64,000 nt of DNA. Source: Chiloscyllium plagiosum (lineage: Eukaryota). The notes under the pieces are model-generated. The model was not told where the DNA came from. It worked only from the letters and a program-made list of their open reading frames with translations, and made no database searches. The translations under genes were made by a program, and so were the position numbers. The stretch is from contig NC_057718.1 in the NCBI RefSeq assembly GCF_004010195.1, forward strand, positions 4,595,021 through 4,659,020, in the 5' to 3' direction. Below are positions 1-12,695 of the stretch, piece after piece. Position 1 is the first letter of the stretch; each line of letters begins with the position of its first letter.

Positions 1-556
1 CCACCATTTTTCCCCCCCTCCCTAATCTTACTGAAACATCTGTAACCAGGAACCTCCGACAACCATTCCTGTCCCTCTTCTATCCACGTTTCCATGATGG
101 TCACAACATCGTAGTTCCAAGTACCGATCCACGCCTTAAGTTCACCTATCTTATTTCTGATACTTCTTGCGTTGAAGTATAAACACTTGAGCCCATCTCT
201 GCATCCGCAAGTATTCCCTGTCAGTGCTACCTTCCCCACAGCCTCCCTACATTCTTGGGCATCCTGAAAAACAGCTAACCTACTTGCTGGACGACAAGTC
301 CGGATCCCATACCCCTGCCAAATTAGTTTAAACCCCCCCGAAGAGTGCTAGCAAACCTACCTCCCAGGATATTGGTGCCCTTCTGGTTCAGGTGCAACCC
401 GTCCTGCTTGTACAAGTCCCACCTTCCCCCGAATGCAGTCCAATTGTCTAAATACCTGAAGCCCTCACTCCTACACCATCCTTGCAGCCACGTGTTCACT
501 GCACTCTCTCCCTATTCCTTGCCTCACTGTCACGTGGCACCAGCAACAACCCAGGT
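1..556 (-). mobile_element. CR1 LINE fragment (end of ORF1 and start of ORF2 endonuclease)
   Basis: Minus strand encodes the CLYFNARSIRNK motif (~150-187); collinear with the CR1 copy at 11160-11680. Confidence 0.85.
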
Positions 557-1204
557 GTTGGGAATCATTAGTCCAGTGATGTCACCACCACACCATTACC
601 TCCCCTCAAAAACAATAGGACAGGACCTTTATTTAAGGTGGTGAAAATAAAGTGAGATTGGTGTGTCCAGATACTTAGGTTTGAACAATCACAAAAAGGC
701 ACAGAAGCTCAAGAGTGCCACTCAGCTCATGTTGCCTCTGGGTTGTGCAGCCACAGGGAAGCTCTGGACATGTTGAACGGTGTGTGGGTGAACAACTTCC
801 ACTTCAGAAGCCATTGGCACACACCTTGAAGGTCCATGAAGCAGAAAGAAAATTACAGGGAATTTTGCAGTTGGTCCCACGGGCCAATATAACCATGGCT
901 GATGTTTATGGGCACAACACCAACTCCAGACTCTGTCTGTCACCCATAACCCTTGATTCCATGAGGGATCAAGTGTAATGAAAATATTCTACAACCCAGC
1001 CTCCATTGCTCTCTGGACTCAAGAATTACCAAAAATTAACAATCCCCCAGACAGGAAACTCCTCTTCATTTTTAAAATTCGAAGATACCATATTCTCAAA
1101 TATTCAAAATAGCTAATGAAATGTTGGTTTTTACAATCTAGAGCACCAGAATACAAGGAAGTACATGTCATACTTCAGCTGTACAAAGTCTTGGTTAGTT
1201 GGAT

Positions 1205-1470
1205 AGCACAATGGCTCAGTGGCTAGCCTTGCTGCCTCACAGTACCAGGGACCTAGGCTTGAGCCCAGCCACTAAAGTTTGTACATTCTCCCAATGTCTG
1301 CATAGATTTCCTCTGTGCGCTCCCGTTTCCTCCCACAGTCCAACAATGTGCAAGTTAGGTGGATTGGCCATGCTAATTTGTCTCAATGTCCAGGGAAATG
1401 TACCTGCTTTGGGGCTAGATCAGGGGTTTGGCTGAATAGCCTCTTCCTGCACTGTACAGATTCTATGATG
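1205..1470 (+). mobile_element. HE1-type tRNA-derived SINE
   Basis: TGGCTCAGTGG A-box head, core TTTCCTCCCACAGTCCAA..ATGTGCAAGTTAGGTGGATTGGCCATGCTAA, CR1-like tail. Confidence 0.85.
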
Positions 1471-1499
1471 TGGTGAAATTCAGTTGTAGATTAGTTGCA

Positions 1500-1935
1500 A
1501 TCACATTGAATGATGGGCTACAACAGCAGGTCAGAGGCTAGGAATTCTTCAGTGAGTAATTCACCTCCGACTCCCCAAAGGTACAAGTCAGGAGTGTAAT
1601 GGAATAATCTCCACTTGTCTGGATTAGTGCAACTTCAACAACAATCAAGAATCTCCACATCATCCAGGAGAAAGTAGCCTACTTGACTGGCACATCTATT
1701 GTCGCCAACACTTCCTCCACCCCATGAGTGTAGAGTGACAGCAATGTGTACCATCTTCAAGATGACCATAGCAACATGCCAGGGCTCCTTTGACAGTACC
1801 TTCCAAAACTATGACTTCTACCACCAAGGAAGACAAGATCAACAAACACAAAGGAACACTGTTCCCCTACTCAACATCCTTGGATTATATTGCCTTTCCT
1901 TCATTGTCACTGGGTGAAAAAGCCTGGAACACTCA
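1500..1935 (+). mobile_element. 3' fragment of CR1/L2-group LINE (same family as 30735-33965)
   Basis: Shares CAAGTCAGGAGTGTAATGGAATA..CCACTTGTCTGGAT and CCTTCATTGTCACTGGGT with 33075-33870. Confidence 0.7.
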
Positions 1936-2565
1936 GACTGCATTGTTGAATTATCAATCCCATACACAACACACTCTCTCATTCACACACAGACACACTC
2001 AGATAGAGGGGCTGAACAGCCTACCCCTGTTCCAGTGTCCTTGGCCTCCCTTCTCACCTTCAATGACCTTGTGGACAGCTGATACTATTCCCTTACTGTG
2101 GAGGCTAAGCCACAGCTGAAACCTTCCCAAAAGGTCTCAAATGTTTTGTCATTTTGAAGGAGAGGTTTGAGGAAATACAGAAATTAGTATATTTAAGACA
2201 GAGATAGGTAGGTTCTTGATTGTCAAGGGGATCAAGAGTTACAGGGAGAATAGGGTTGAGAAACCCATCAGCCATGACTGAACAGCAGAGCAAACTCAAT
2301 AGGCTGAACAGCCTAATTTCTGCTCCGATGTCTTATGGGCCTCTTGACCAGCAATCAGAAGGGAACACAGAACCTAGCACTTGGTGCAAACCAGCACTCT
2401 GAGCCCAATACCTGACCCTCCAAAGGCAGGTCAACTCCTTTTAAAAGACATAGGCGGGGGGGGGGGGGGCGAGGGGATCGTGTTCCAAGCCAGGGTCTCT
2501 ATCACACTGCGAACCTAATTGATGCAAAATGAGATGTGAATGTTGCCTTCCATCTTCACAAACAA

Positions 2566-2591
2566 ATACATACATACATACATACATACAT
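2566..2591. repeat. (TACA)n microsatellite
   Basis: About 6 perfect units seen directly. Confidence 0.95.
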
Positions 2592-2929
2592 CTTAAATGG
2601 GGTTCCCTCTGACAAAAGCCTGACCTCAGCCCAATAACACCCTGTCCTTGAAGCGTTTACTATTATGTTTTGTTGCACAGAAACAATTTCACGGATACAG
2701 AGCTTGTAAACGATGCTGGTCATGGACCCACATTGACACTGAGCGTAACTGCAGCGGAAGACAGTCCCCAGTGCCTAGGCAGCGCCCTGCGAGTAGCTGG
2801 TGAGGAGGTGGATGAACCCCGTCGATATACAAACGCAATGCGCCGCTAGCGGGCATTTACCCGCCACGATCCTCCCCACCCCCGCCACCAGCAGCAGGTG
2901 AGGAGGCTCCAGCACGCGCCTCCACTCAC

Positions 2930-3040
2930 CTGGAAGCCGATCTCTTGCGCTCGCGCTGCCGCTGGGCTGGGAACGCGCATCCCGCGGGAACGACTTCTCC
3001 CTCTCTCTCCCACTTTCTGCGAGCCGCCCCCTTTTTTTTT
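2930..3040 (-). other. Probable first (non-coding) exon of an unidentified gene transcribed leftward out of the window
   Basis: CpG-dense island ~2750-3110; consensus donor CAG|GTGAGT on minus strand (exon ends 2930); TSS approximate. Confidence 0.6.
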
Positions 3041-3190
3041 CTTGTGGCGCGTCATCCTTCGGTTCCCCAAATCCCATTGGTCGGGGTTGACGTCAGTCGG
3101 AATGGGATGAACCAATAGCAGGGCAGGTCCCCCTTCCCCATGTCGATTCATCTCTCCTGATGGTTGTCTCTCTGTGCCCCAAGGATTGGT
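3041..3190. promoter_or_regulatory. CpG-island promoter with palindromic CRE and CCAAT boxes
   Basis: TGACGTCA 3088-3095, half-CRE GCGTCA ~3048-3054, ATTGG 3076-3080, CCAAT 3112-3116, ATTGG 3185-3189. Confidence 0.65.
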
Positions 3191-5089
3191 TTCTCCATCC
3201 CGCTGTCTCTGTGTTCTTTAGCTGCTTTGGTCCTTCCACCATCAGGTAAATGATCTGCATCTTCCCTGGGGTTTGCGGAGGAGGAAGGCTGGGTGCTGCT
3301 TTTGTGGGGGGGAATTGTAGAGTTTTACAGAGGAAGACTGTTGGGAGGACTCGAACCTGCCTCTAACTGGTTCTAGCCTGTTCACTCTGGTTGCTGTGTG
3401 TCAGCAAAACCCAGGGAACCCAGATCCGAAAATCCACCGACTTTAATCCCCACACCCAGTAGCAAACAATCTCTGAGCGAGGCATTTGCTTCTTTTAAAA
3501 AGAAATCGGAAAGAGCTTGCCTTTTCTCTTGTATTATTTTAAAAAAAAAACAACAACACCCTTTTCTGACCACAGAATGACCCAAAGAGCTCTGCAGCCT
3601 CTTTGAACTGGAATGCAGAAAAAAAAAACACAAGCGGGATTCGTACAGACGCAATAAGCGTTTTATTATCTTTGCTGTTGTTTTGTGATGTTGCTAGCGG
3701 AAAGAGTGTTGTGTTTGGTTTTCCGTGATGCTGCTTCGAAATGGTCGGGAGGGAAAGATGGTGCCGTGTTTAAAGCCGTCTAATGTGAACGGTGCCACCT
3801 CCAACTCCGCCGCATTCGCTCAGTGTTTCCACCAGAGCTGAAAAGTGTCGTGATGTTTCAGGGCTTTAGTTAATTACATGGACGGGGTGCGGGGTGGGAG
3901 TGGGAGTGGGAGTGGGAGAAGTCTGGGTTACTGTGGAAAGCAGAATAAATGCCAAAGGATTAATAGTACAAATTAAAATAGGATAGGAATGTATAAACTG
4001 AGATCAGTGGGATTGGTGGATGCAGTAGCTGGCACTTATTTCGTAAATATAACCCAAAGTGTTTCACAGGAGTGTCATGAAATCTAACACGATAGGGAAG
4101 ATGAGTAAAAATTATCAAAGAGGGAGGTTTTAAGGAAAGCCTTAAATGAGGTGATAGAGAGAATGTTAATATTTCTGTTCTGCGACTGCTGCAATTTTAC
4201 AGAGAAGCACAACACACGCTCAAGAAACCAACACCTTAAATTTTCTGCTTAGGCACTTCACGGGTACAATGTTGAACTCAGTGGCATTTGAAACTGACTA
4301 CCTTATGCCTGTTCCCCATTTTCTTAGCTTCTCTTCCTGATCCCCACCCACCCACTTTATCTTGTTTGTCTTGTTTACTCTTCGTAGAGAGGATCCACTC
4401 TAACCCATCACACATTAATTTACACCCATTTTACATCTCTCTTTCTTTGTCATCACCATTGACGATCCCTTTATCTTTCTCACTGGGTGTGCCTCAAGTT
4501 TTCTTTACAAATGCCAACACTTTTCCATGCAGGAGAAATCATTCCTGGTTTGAAACATTAACTCTGTTTCTCTTTCCACAGATGCTGCCAGACCTGCTGG
4601 GTTTGTCCAGCATTCTCTGTTGGTAGAGTGACTGAGCAGGTCAGGAAAGGTAGAGCTTAGGCAATTTAACGTAATGCATGCTCTACATTGGAGAGACAAA
4701 ATAGGTGAATGCATTATAGACCACCTCTGTGTGATCCTGACCTCCTGGTCTCCTGTCAGTTTAATTCACTACCTCGTTCCACTCTCATCTTCATGACCTG
4801 CACTTTTTCCAATGTGATCAACACAAGCTTGAGGAAGAATAATTCATCTATCTCAGATTTTTTTAGACAAACATTGAGTTCAACAATTTCAAAACATAAC
4901 CCTCTTTTTTTTTCTTGCATAAAAACTGCAGATGATAATTCTGTGATTTGTATTTCCTTTTATGACTAACACCAATGGTTAAAATTGGAGGAGGCTGTTC
5001 TGCTGCTCAAACCTATCCCACCATTCAATGCAATTAGTGCTAATCTTCTACCTCAAATACATCTTTTTGAACAATCCCCATATTCCTTT

Positions 5090-6050
5090 CTTCCTTGTAT
5101 CAGCCCATCATACCACCAAAACTGCTCTCATCAAATTTATAACTGCCATTCTCCAGGACTGTGACACGAATAAATTATCCCATCTTATTTTTTTTCTTGC
5201 AATGTCTTTTTTAAATATGGTTTGCCACATCATCTTTGCATGCCTCTCTACTGTCTTCCAGCTGGTGGGATTGCCCTCATCTGTTTCCACTCATATGTGA
5301 ATTACCTGAAACAGTTTCCTCTGGTATCATCCCATGTATAGACTATCTTTGTCTCTCCTACTTCTCATGTATGTGTTGCCTCTTGGTGATGTCATTGAAA
5401 GCAACAGTGTTGATTTATACATAGATGTTGATGATACCACCCCTACCAGCACCACTTTTGACATCCCACATCCAACCCCTTATAATCTGTTAAAACTATT
5501 TTATTCAATATCCAGAACAAAGGGACAGACATTTCCTCAATTTTAGGTATTGGGATGAGTGGAACTATTGTCTTTGGTCCCTATCATGAACCCAGTTCCC
5601 ATCATTGTTTCTCATCCCCTCCCAGGTAAATTTCTGAGGCTGAACTAAACTGTTTGCAAGTCTGATCAAAGATGTAATGATGCTTCAACTACGTACCCAT
5701 TTCATTGACAATCTCCAGCTCAATAAGAGCATCTAATTTGGTCCTTTCCAAAAGTCATCCTCTGCTGCAACCTAAATCCATACGTCCATATTTAAACATT
5801 GCAATGCCTGTCTGGATTGCCTCTCACATTCGATACTCCATATAGTTGAGGACATCCGAAATTCTGTTGCGTGCCATCTGATATGCACCAAATCCTGTTG
5901 ACCCCGGAGTCCTAGCTTGCTAACTTGTACTGGATACCAGTCCAAGCATTATCTCTATTTTAAACATCTCGTCCTTGCTTTCAATTTCCTCCATCACCTG
6001 TTCCCTCATTATCTCCGTAACCGCCTTCAGCGTGGCGTGAGCTTCTGAGA
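5090..6050 (+). mobile_element. Old L2-type LINE RT remnant
   Basis: HHTTKTALIKFITAILQDCDTNKLSHLIF resembles the L2 RT motif HSTETALxKVxNDIL..D..xLSxLxLLD. Confidence 0.7.
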
Positions 6051-6162
6051 TCTCTTCATCCCTTTCTGACTTAGTGCTCCCCTGCCATTGGCAACCATGT
6101 TTTCAACTAACTTGACCCAAAGCACTGGTAAGCCATCTCTGAACCCTCGCTGCCTCTCAAAC

Positions 6163-6730
6163 TACAGGACATTGGTTAGGCCACTGTTGGAATATTGCGT
6201 GCAATTCTTGTCTCCTTCCTATCGGAAAGATGTGGTGAAACTTGAAAGGGTTCAGAAAGGATTTACAAGGATGTTGCCAGGGTTGGACAATTTGAACTAT
6301 AGGGAGAGGTTGACTAGGCTGGGGCTGTTTTCTCTAGAGCGTCAGAGGCTGAGAGGTGGCCTTATAGAGGTTTATTAAATCATGAGGGGTATGGATAGGT
6401 TAAATAGACAAAGTCTCTTCCCTGGGGTGGGGGAGTCCAGAACTAGAGAGCATAGGTTTAGGGTGAAAAGGGAAAGATATGAAAGAGACCTAAGGGGCAA
6501 CTGTTTCACGCAAGGGTGGTACGTGTATGGATTGAGGTGCCAGAGGAAATGGTGGAGGCTGGTACAATTGCAACATTTCAAAGACATTTGAATGGGTATA
6601 TGAATAGGAAGGGTTTGGAGGGATATGGGCTGGGTGCTGGCAGGTGTGACTAGATTGGGTTGGGTTATCTGGTCGGCATGGACAGGTTGGACGGAAGGGT
6701 ATGTTTCCATGCTATACATCACTATGACTA
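6163..6730 (+). mobile_element. CR1 LINE 3' end (5'-truncated)
   Basis: YRTLVRPLLEYCVQFLSPSYRKDVVKLERVQKGFTRMLPGL...SRTREHRFRV; ends in a CTATGACTA-type tail. Confidence 0.92.
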
Positions 6731-7154
6731 AGTCACTAATTTAAAACTATAGCTTAAACTAACACTAGAATTTAGCTATCTGTGGTAAAAATCACTTTTT
6801 TTTTAAGCACCGTGTTAATATTTGCCTCCTGACATTCTGGGATATTTTGCCTTAAAGGCATTTCCTAATTCCTCTACATTTATGTTGCTGTGTAATGGGG
6901 AACTTTGTATACGATAATATAATCCAGTGGAGTCCTGTTTATCTGGAAAGTCGAGGTGGTAAAACAAAATTTAACATCTTTACACAAACTCAGCACAGAC
7001 CGCATGTGAGCTCAGTGAATACTTTACACCTATTTTGAGTTATTTTAGTCACATATACCTAAGTATAGTGAAAAGTTTTATTTTGAGATCAGTACAGGCA
7101 GATCATAGCATAAATGACATACAGATCATAGGATGCTTGGACACAGAAAGGCAT

Positions 7155-8182
7155 AGAACAAAGAACATTGCAGCTCAGTACAGGCCCTTCGGCCCTTGAT
7201 GTTGCGCCAACATGTGAAACCAGTCTGAAGCCCATCTAACATCCACTATTCCATTCACGTCCATATGCCTATCCAGTGACCATTTAAATGCCCTTAAATG
7301 GCAAGTCTACAACTGTTGCAGGCAGTGTGTTCCACACCCCTTTACTCTCTAAGTAAAGAAACTACCTCTGACATCTGTCCTATATCTTTCACTCCTCAAT
7401 TTAAAGCTAGTGTTAGGTAAGGGGTGAATGTGGGGGTATGGGTGGGTTGCGCTTCGGCGGGACTTGTTGGGCCGAAGGGCCTGTTTCCACACTGTAATGT
7501 AATCTAATCTAATCTAATCTATGTCCTCTCGTGCTAGCCATCACCATCGAAGGAAAAAGACTCTCACCGTCCAACCTATCTAACCCTCTGATTATCTAAT
7601 ATGTCTCAATTAAGTCACCTCTGAACCTTCTCTCTGATGAAAACAGTCTCAAGTCAGTCCCTCAGCCTTTCCTTGCAAGACCTTCTCTCCCTACCAAGCA
7701 ACACCCTCGTAAATCTCCTCTGAACCCTTTCCAAAGCTTCCACATCTTTTCTATAATGCGGTGATCAGAATGTATGCAGTACTCCAAATGTGACAATGTG
7801 ACCACACCAGAGTTTTGTATAGCTGCAACATGATCTGATCTAAACCGCGAAATCAAACTCATGCCTCTGTATTTCCTGCAATATCCTACTGTGAGGAACC
7901 TTTATCTAATGCCTTACTGAAATCCATATACACCACATCAACTGCTTTACTCTCATCCACCTGTTTGGTCACCTTCTCAAAGAACTCAATAAGGTTTGTA
8001 AAGCATGACCTACCCTTCACAAATCCGTGTTGACCATCCCTAATCAAGTTATTCCTTTCCAGATGATTATAATTCCTATCTCTTATAACCTTTTCTAACA
8101 CTTTACCCACAACCAAAGTAAGGCTCACAGGTTTATAATTTCCAGGGTTGTCTCTACTCCCCTTCTTGAACAAAGGAACAAC
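7155..8182 (-). mobile_element. CR1 LINE 3' part (internally deleted) with HE1 3' fragment inserted at ~7410-7520
   Basis: VVPLFKKGSRDNPGNYKPVSLT...QHGFVKGRSCFTNLIEFFE; the insert ends in (TCTAA)n. Confidence 0.88.
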
Positions 8183-8199
8183 TGCACGGGAGGTGCACA

Positions 8200-8433
8200 A
8201 AGCAAGATCAACATTATTTGAAGTTTTAAAGGTCCATTCAGCAGTCTAATACTGGCATGGAAGAAGCTGTTCTTGAACTTGTTGGTGCATGTATTCAAGC
8301 TACTGTATCTCCTGCCTGATGGAAGAGATTAGAAGAGAACATTACCAGGGTGGGAGAGGTCTTTGATGATGTTGGCAGTCTTTCCATGGCCGTGTAAATG
8401 GAGTTCATGGATAGGAAGCTGGCTTCTGTGATA
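8200..8433 (-). mobile_element. Rex1/Babar-type LINE 3' end (continues at 12696-13117 and 13996-14160)
   Basis: Minus strand reads NSFFHASIRLLNGP, like the Rex/Babar SFFP.AIRLLN C-terminus; rejoins 12696 via GATAG. Confidence 0.65.
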
Positions 8434-11400
8434 GAACACGAACATTACAGTGCAGTACAGGCCCTTCAGCCCTCAGTGTTGTACTGATCTGTGAAACTAA
8501 TCTGAAGCCATGTCCCCTCATGTTTGCCATAACCATCTGAGCGAAAAGGCTCTCACTGTCTCAGTGGTTAGCACTGCTGCCTCACAGCACTAGGGTCCCA
8601 GGATCAATTCCAGCCTCGGGCAACTGTCTGTGTGGAGTTTGTACATTCTCCCTGTGTTGGTGTGGGTTTCCTCCGGGTGCTCCAGTTTCCTCCCACAATC
8701 CAAAGATGTGCAGGTCAGGTGAATTGGCCATGCTAAATTGTCCCATAGTGTTAGGTGCATTAGAGAGGGGGGGTGGGTTACTCTTCAGAGGGACGGTGTG
8801 GACTTGTTGGGCTGAAGGGCCTGTTTCCACACTGTAGGGAATCTTATCTAATCATCTTGCATGTCTCTATTAAGTCACATCTCAACTTTCTCCTCTCTAA
8901 CAAAAACAGCCTCAAGTTCCTCAGCCTTTCCTCATTAGATCTTCCCTCCATAGCAGGCAACATCCTCGTAAATCTCCTCTGCACCCTTTCCAATTCCTCC
9001 ACATCCTTCCTATAATGCAGCGACCAGAACTGTATGCAGTACTCTAAAGTGCGGCTGCACCAGAGTTTTGTACAGCTGCAAGATGACCTCATGGCTCCGA
9101 AACATGATCCCTTTGCCAATAAAAGCTAACACCGTATGCCTTCTTGCAACCTTATCAACCTGGCTGGCAACTTTCAGGGATCTATGTTCATGAACACTGA
9201 GATCTCTCTGCTCATCCACATGACCAAAAATCTTACCATTAGCCCAGTATTTTATATTCCTGTTTCTCCTTCCAAAGTGAATCACCTTGCACTTTTCCAC
9301 AATAAACTCCATTTGGCACCTCTCAGTCCAGCTCTGTAGCTTATCCATGTCCCTCTGCACCCTGTAACATCTTTCCACACTGTCCACAACTCTACCAACC
9401 TTTAGTGTCATCCTGAAATTTACAAATCCATCCTCTCTGTCCTCATCCAAATCATTTATAAAAATGACAAACAGCAGTGGATCCAAAACAGATCCTTGCG
9501 GTGCCCCACTAGTAACTGAACTCCAGGTTGAACATTTTCCCATCAACCACCACCCTCTGTCTTCTTTAGCTAGCCAATTTCTGATCCAAACAGCTAAATC
9601 ACCCTCTGTATTTTCTGCAATAGCCTACCACAGGGAACTTATCAAACGCCTTACCGAAATCCATATACACCACATCAACCGCTTTACCCTCATCTACATG
9701 TTTGTTGCCAAATCAAAGAAGTCATTCAGGTTTGTGAGGCACAACCTACCCTTCACAAAACCGTGTTGACTATCCCTAATCAAGTTATTCCTTTCCAGAT
9801 GATTATAAATCCTATCTCTTATAACCCTTTCCGACACTTTACCCACAACTGAAGTAAGGCTGACAGGTCTATAATTTCCAGGGTCATCTCTACTTCCCTC
9901 CTTGAACAAGGGGAGAACATTTGCTATCCTCCAGTCTACAGCAAGAATGCCAGAAGACAAGGATGACATAAAGATCAAAGCCAAAGGTTCTTCAATCTCC
10001 TCTCTAGCTTCACAGAGGATTCTAGGATAAATTCCATCCAGCCCAGGGGACTTGTCTATTTTCACACTTTCCATAATTGCTGACACCTCCTCCTTATGAA
10101 CCTCAATCCCATCTAGTCTAATAGCCTGTATCTCAGTATTCTCCTTGACAATGTTGTCTTTTTCCTGTGTAAATTCTGATGAAAAATATTCATTTAGTGC
10201 TTCCCCTATCTCCTTGGACTCCACGAAGAACTTTCCACTACTGTCCTTGACTGGCCCTAATCTTACTCTCCTCATTCCTTTATTCCTGACATAGCTATAG
10301 AAAGTTTTAGAGTTTTCCTTGATCCTACCTGTCAAAGACTTCTCATGACCCCTCCTGGCTCTTTTTAGCTCTCTCTTTAGGTCTTTCCAGGCTAACTTGT
10401 AACTCTCAAGCCCCTAAGTGAGCCTACACGTCTCTGCTTTATATAAGCCTCCTTCTTCCTCTTGACAAAAGATTCAACTTCTTTAGTAAACCACGGCTCC
10501 CTCACTCAACCACTTCTTCCCTGCCTGATGAAGGACATGCAGTAGCTGTTCCTTGAACAAGCTCCACATTTTAATTGTGCCCATCCCCTGCAGTTGCCTT
10601 CCCCAGCCTATGCATCTTAAATCTTGCCTAATCACATCATAATTGCCTTTCCCTCCAGCTATAACTTGCCTTGTGGTATATATTTATCCCTTTCCATCGC
10701 TAAAGTAAACATAACCAAATTGTGGACACTATCACCAAAGTGCTCATCTATCTCCAAGCCTAACACCAGGTTCATTACCCAGTACCAAATCCAATGTGGC
10801 TTCACCTGTTTTTGGCCTAACTTCATACTGTGTCTGGAAACTCTTCTATGCACATTGGACAAACATTGACATATCTATAGTACTCAAATTATAGCATTTC
10901 TAGTCAACATTTGGAAAGTTAAAGTCCCACATAACAACTACCCTCTTACTTTCACTCCTATCCAGAATCATTTTGGCAATCCTTTCCTCTACATCTCTGG
11001 AACTTTTCAGAGGCCTATAGAAAACTTCCAACTGGGCGACCTCTCCTTTCCTGTTTCTAACCTCAGCCCATGCTATCTCAGTGGATGAGCTCTCATCAAA
11101 TGTCCTTGCCGTTGCCCTAATACCGTCCTTGATTAACAATGCCACACCTTCCCCTCTTTTACCACCTTCTCTGTTCTTACTGAAACATCTAAATCCTGGA
11201 ACCTGCAACAACTATTCCTGACCCTGCTCTACCCATGTCTCTGAAATGGCCACTACATTGAAGTCCCAGGTACCAACCCATGCTGCAGGTTCACCCACCT
11301 TATTTCGGATGCTCCTGGCGTTGAAGTAGACACACTTCAAACCACCTTCCTGCCTGCTCTTGCACTCTTGCGACCTTGAAACCTTATTTCTGACCTCACT

Positions 11401-12695
11401 ACTCTCAACCTCCTGTATGCTAGAGCTACAATTCAGTTTCCCATCCCCCTGCTGAATTAGTTTAAACCCTCCGAAGCGCATTAGCAAATGTCCCCTCCAG
11501 GATATTGGTACCCCTCTGGTTCAGGTGAAGACCATCCTGTTTGTAGAGGTCCCACCTACCCCAGAGAGAGCCCCAATTATCCAGAAATCCAAAACTCTCC
11601 CTCCTGCACCATCCCTGTAGACACATGTTCAACTCCTCTCTCCATTATTCCTTGCCTTGCTAGCACGTGGCACAAGTAACAAACCAAAGATGATAACTCT
11701 TTATTCTAGCTCTAAGCTTCTACCCTAGCTCCTTGAATTTCTGCCTTACATCCCTGTCCCTTTTTTCCTATCAATGTTATTTGTGCCTATGTGGACCACG
11801 ACTTGGAGCTGCTTCCCCCCACCAAGGATCCCAAAAACACGATACAAGAGATCATGAACCCTGGCACCTGGGAGGCAACATACCAACTGAGAGTCTCTCT
11901 CATTCCCACAGAGTCTCCTATGTGTTCCCCCTAACTATGGAGTCCCCAGTGACTAATGTTCCTCTCCCCACTTCCCTTCTGAGCAACATGGACAGACCCT
12001 GTAACTCCATGGCTTACCCCTCGTAAGTGCAATCTCTCCCCCACCCTCCCCACCCACACTCCTCCTCACCCCCACCCCCCCAACAGTATCCAAAATGGTA
12101 TACCTGTTATTGTGGTGAATGGCCACAGGGGATCCCTGCACCGTCTGCTGGTTTCCTTTCCATCCCCTGATGGTAACCCATCTGCCCTTTTCCCTCTACC
12201 TGAGGTGTGACTACCTCCCTGTAACTCCTCTCAATTACCCTGTCAACCTCCCATATGATCCGAAGTTCAACCAGCTCCAATTCCCTATTGTGATTTCGGA
12301 GGAGCTGGAATTGGATGCACTTTCCGCAGATGAAGTCAGTGGGGACACTAGTGGTGACCTTTACTTCCCACATTCTACGGGAGGAGCATGCAACTGCCCT
12401 ACTGTCCATTCCACTGTTCTGAATTCCCAAACAGATTTTATTTTTAAAATAGCCTAGTAAGCTTACCAATCGGGCACATAGAACCTTTTTTTTTTGGTTC
12501 GAGGAGGAGGATGGGTGGGAGACACTACCAAAGTAGTGTTTTGGGTAAAACAACCTCCCACAATATTACCTCACTGACTCAGCCGTCCATATCTGCTCCT
12601 GCTCAGTGTGCGCTCCACCTATTCATGAAGTATGTTTTTAAAGGATTAATTTACCTTCCCAGTAGCCCCCTAGTCCTCCCTCTTGCTGCTCCCAA
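8434..12695 (-). mobile_element. Near full-length degenerate CR1 LINE (ORF1 Zn-finger/zipper + esterase; ORF2 APE endonuclease + RT)
   Basis: ORF1 CSS..MWEV...FICGKCIQFQLL; EN CVYFNARSIRNK and WDFNFPNVD; RT PGNYRPVSLTS, QHGFVKGRLCLTNL, GAPQGSVLDPLLFVIFINDL; many frameshifts. Confidence 0.93.
8560..8845 (+). mobile_element. HE1-type SINE nested in the CR1
   Basis: CTCAGTGGTTAGCACTGCTGCCTCACAGC head, B-box-like GGATCAATTCC, core and CR1-like tail. Confidence 0.92.

Noticed and set aside
1205..1280. tRNA genes at SINE heads (also 8560, 42895, 48030, 59635)
   Set aside because: A/B boxes continue into SINE core and tail; no complete cloverleaf
2775..3151. 100-aa ORFs in the CpG island
   Set aside because: Expected by chance in GC-rich DNA; they run through the splice donor and match no recognisable protein
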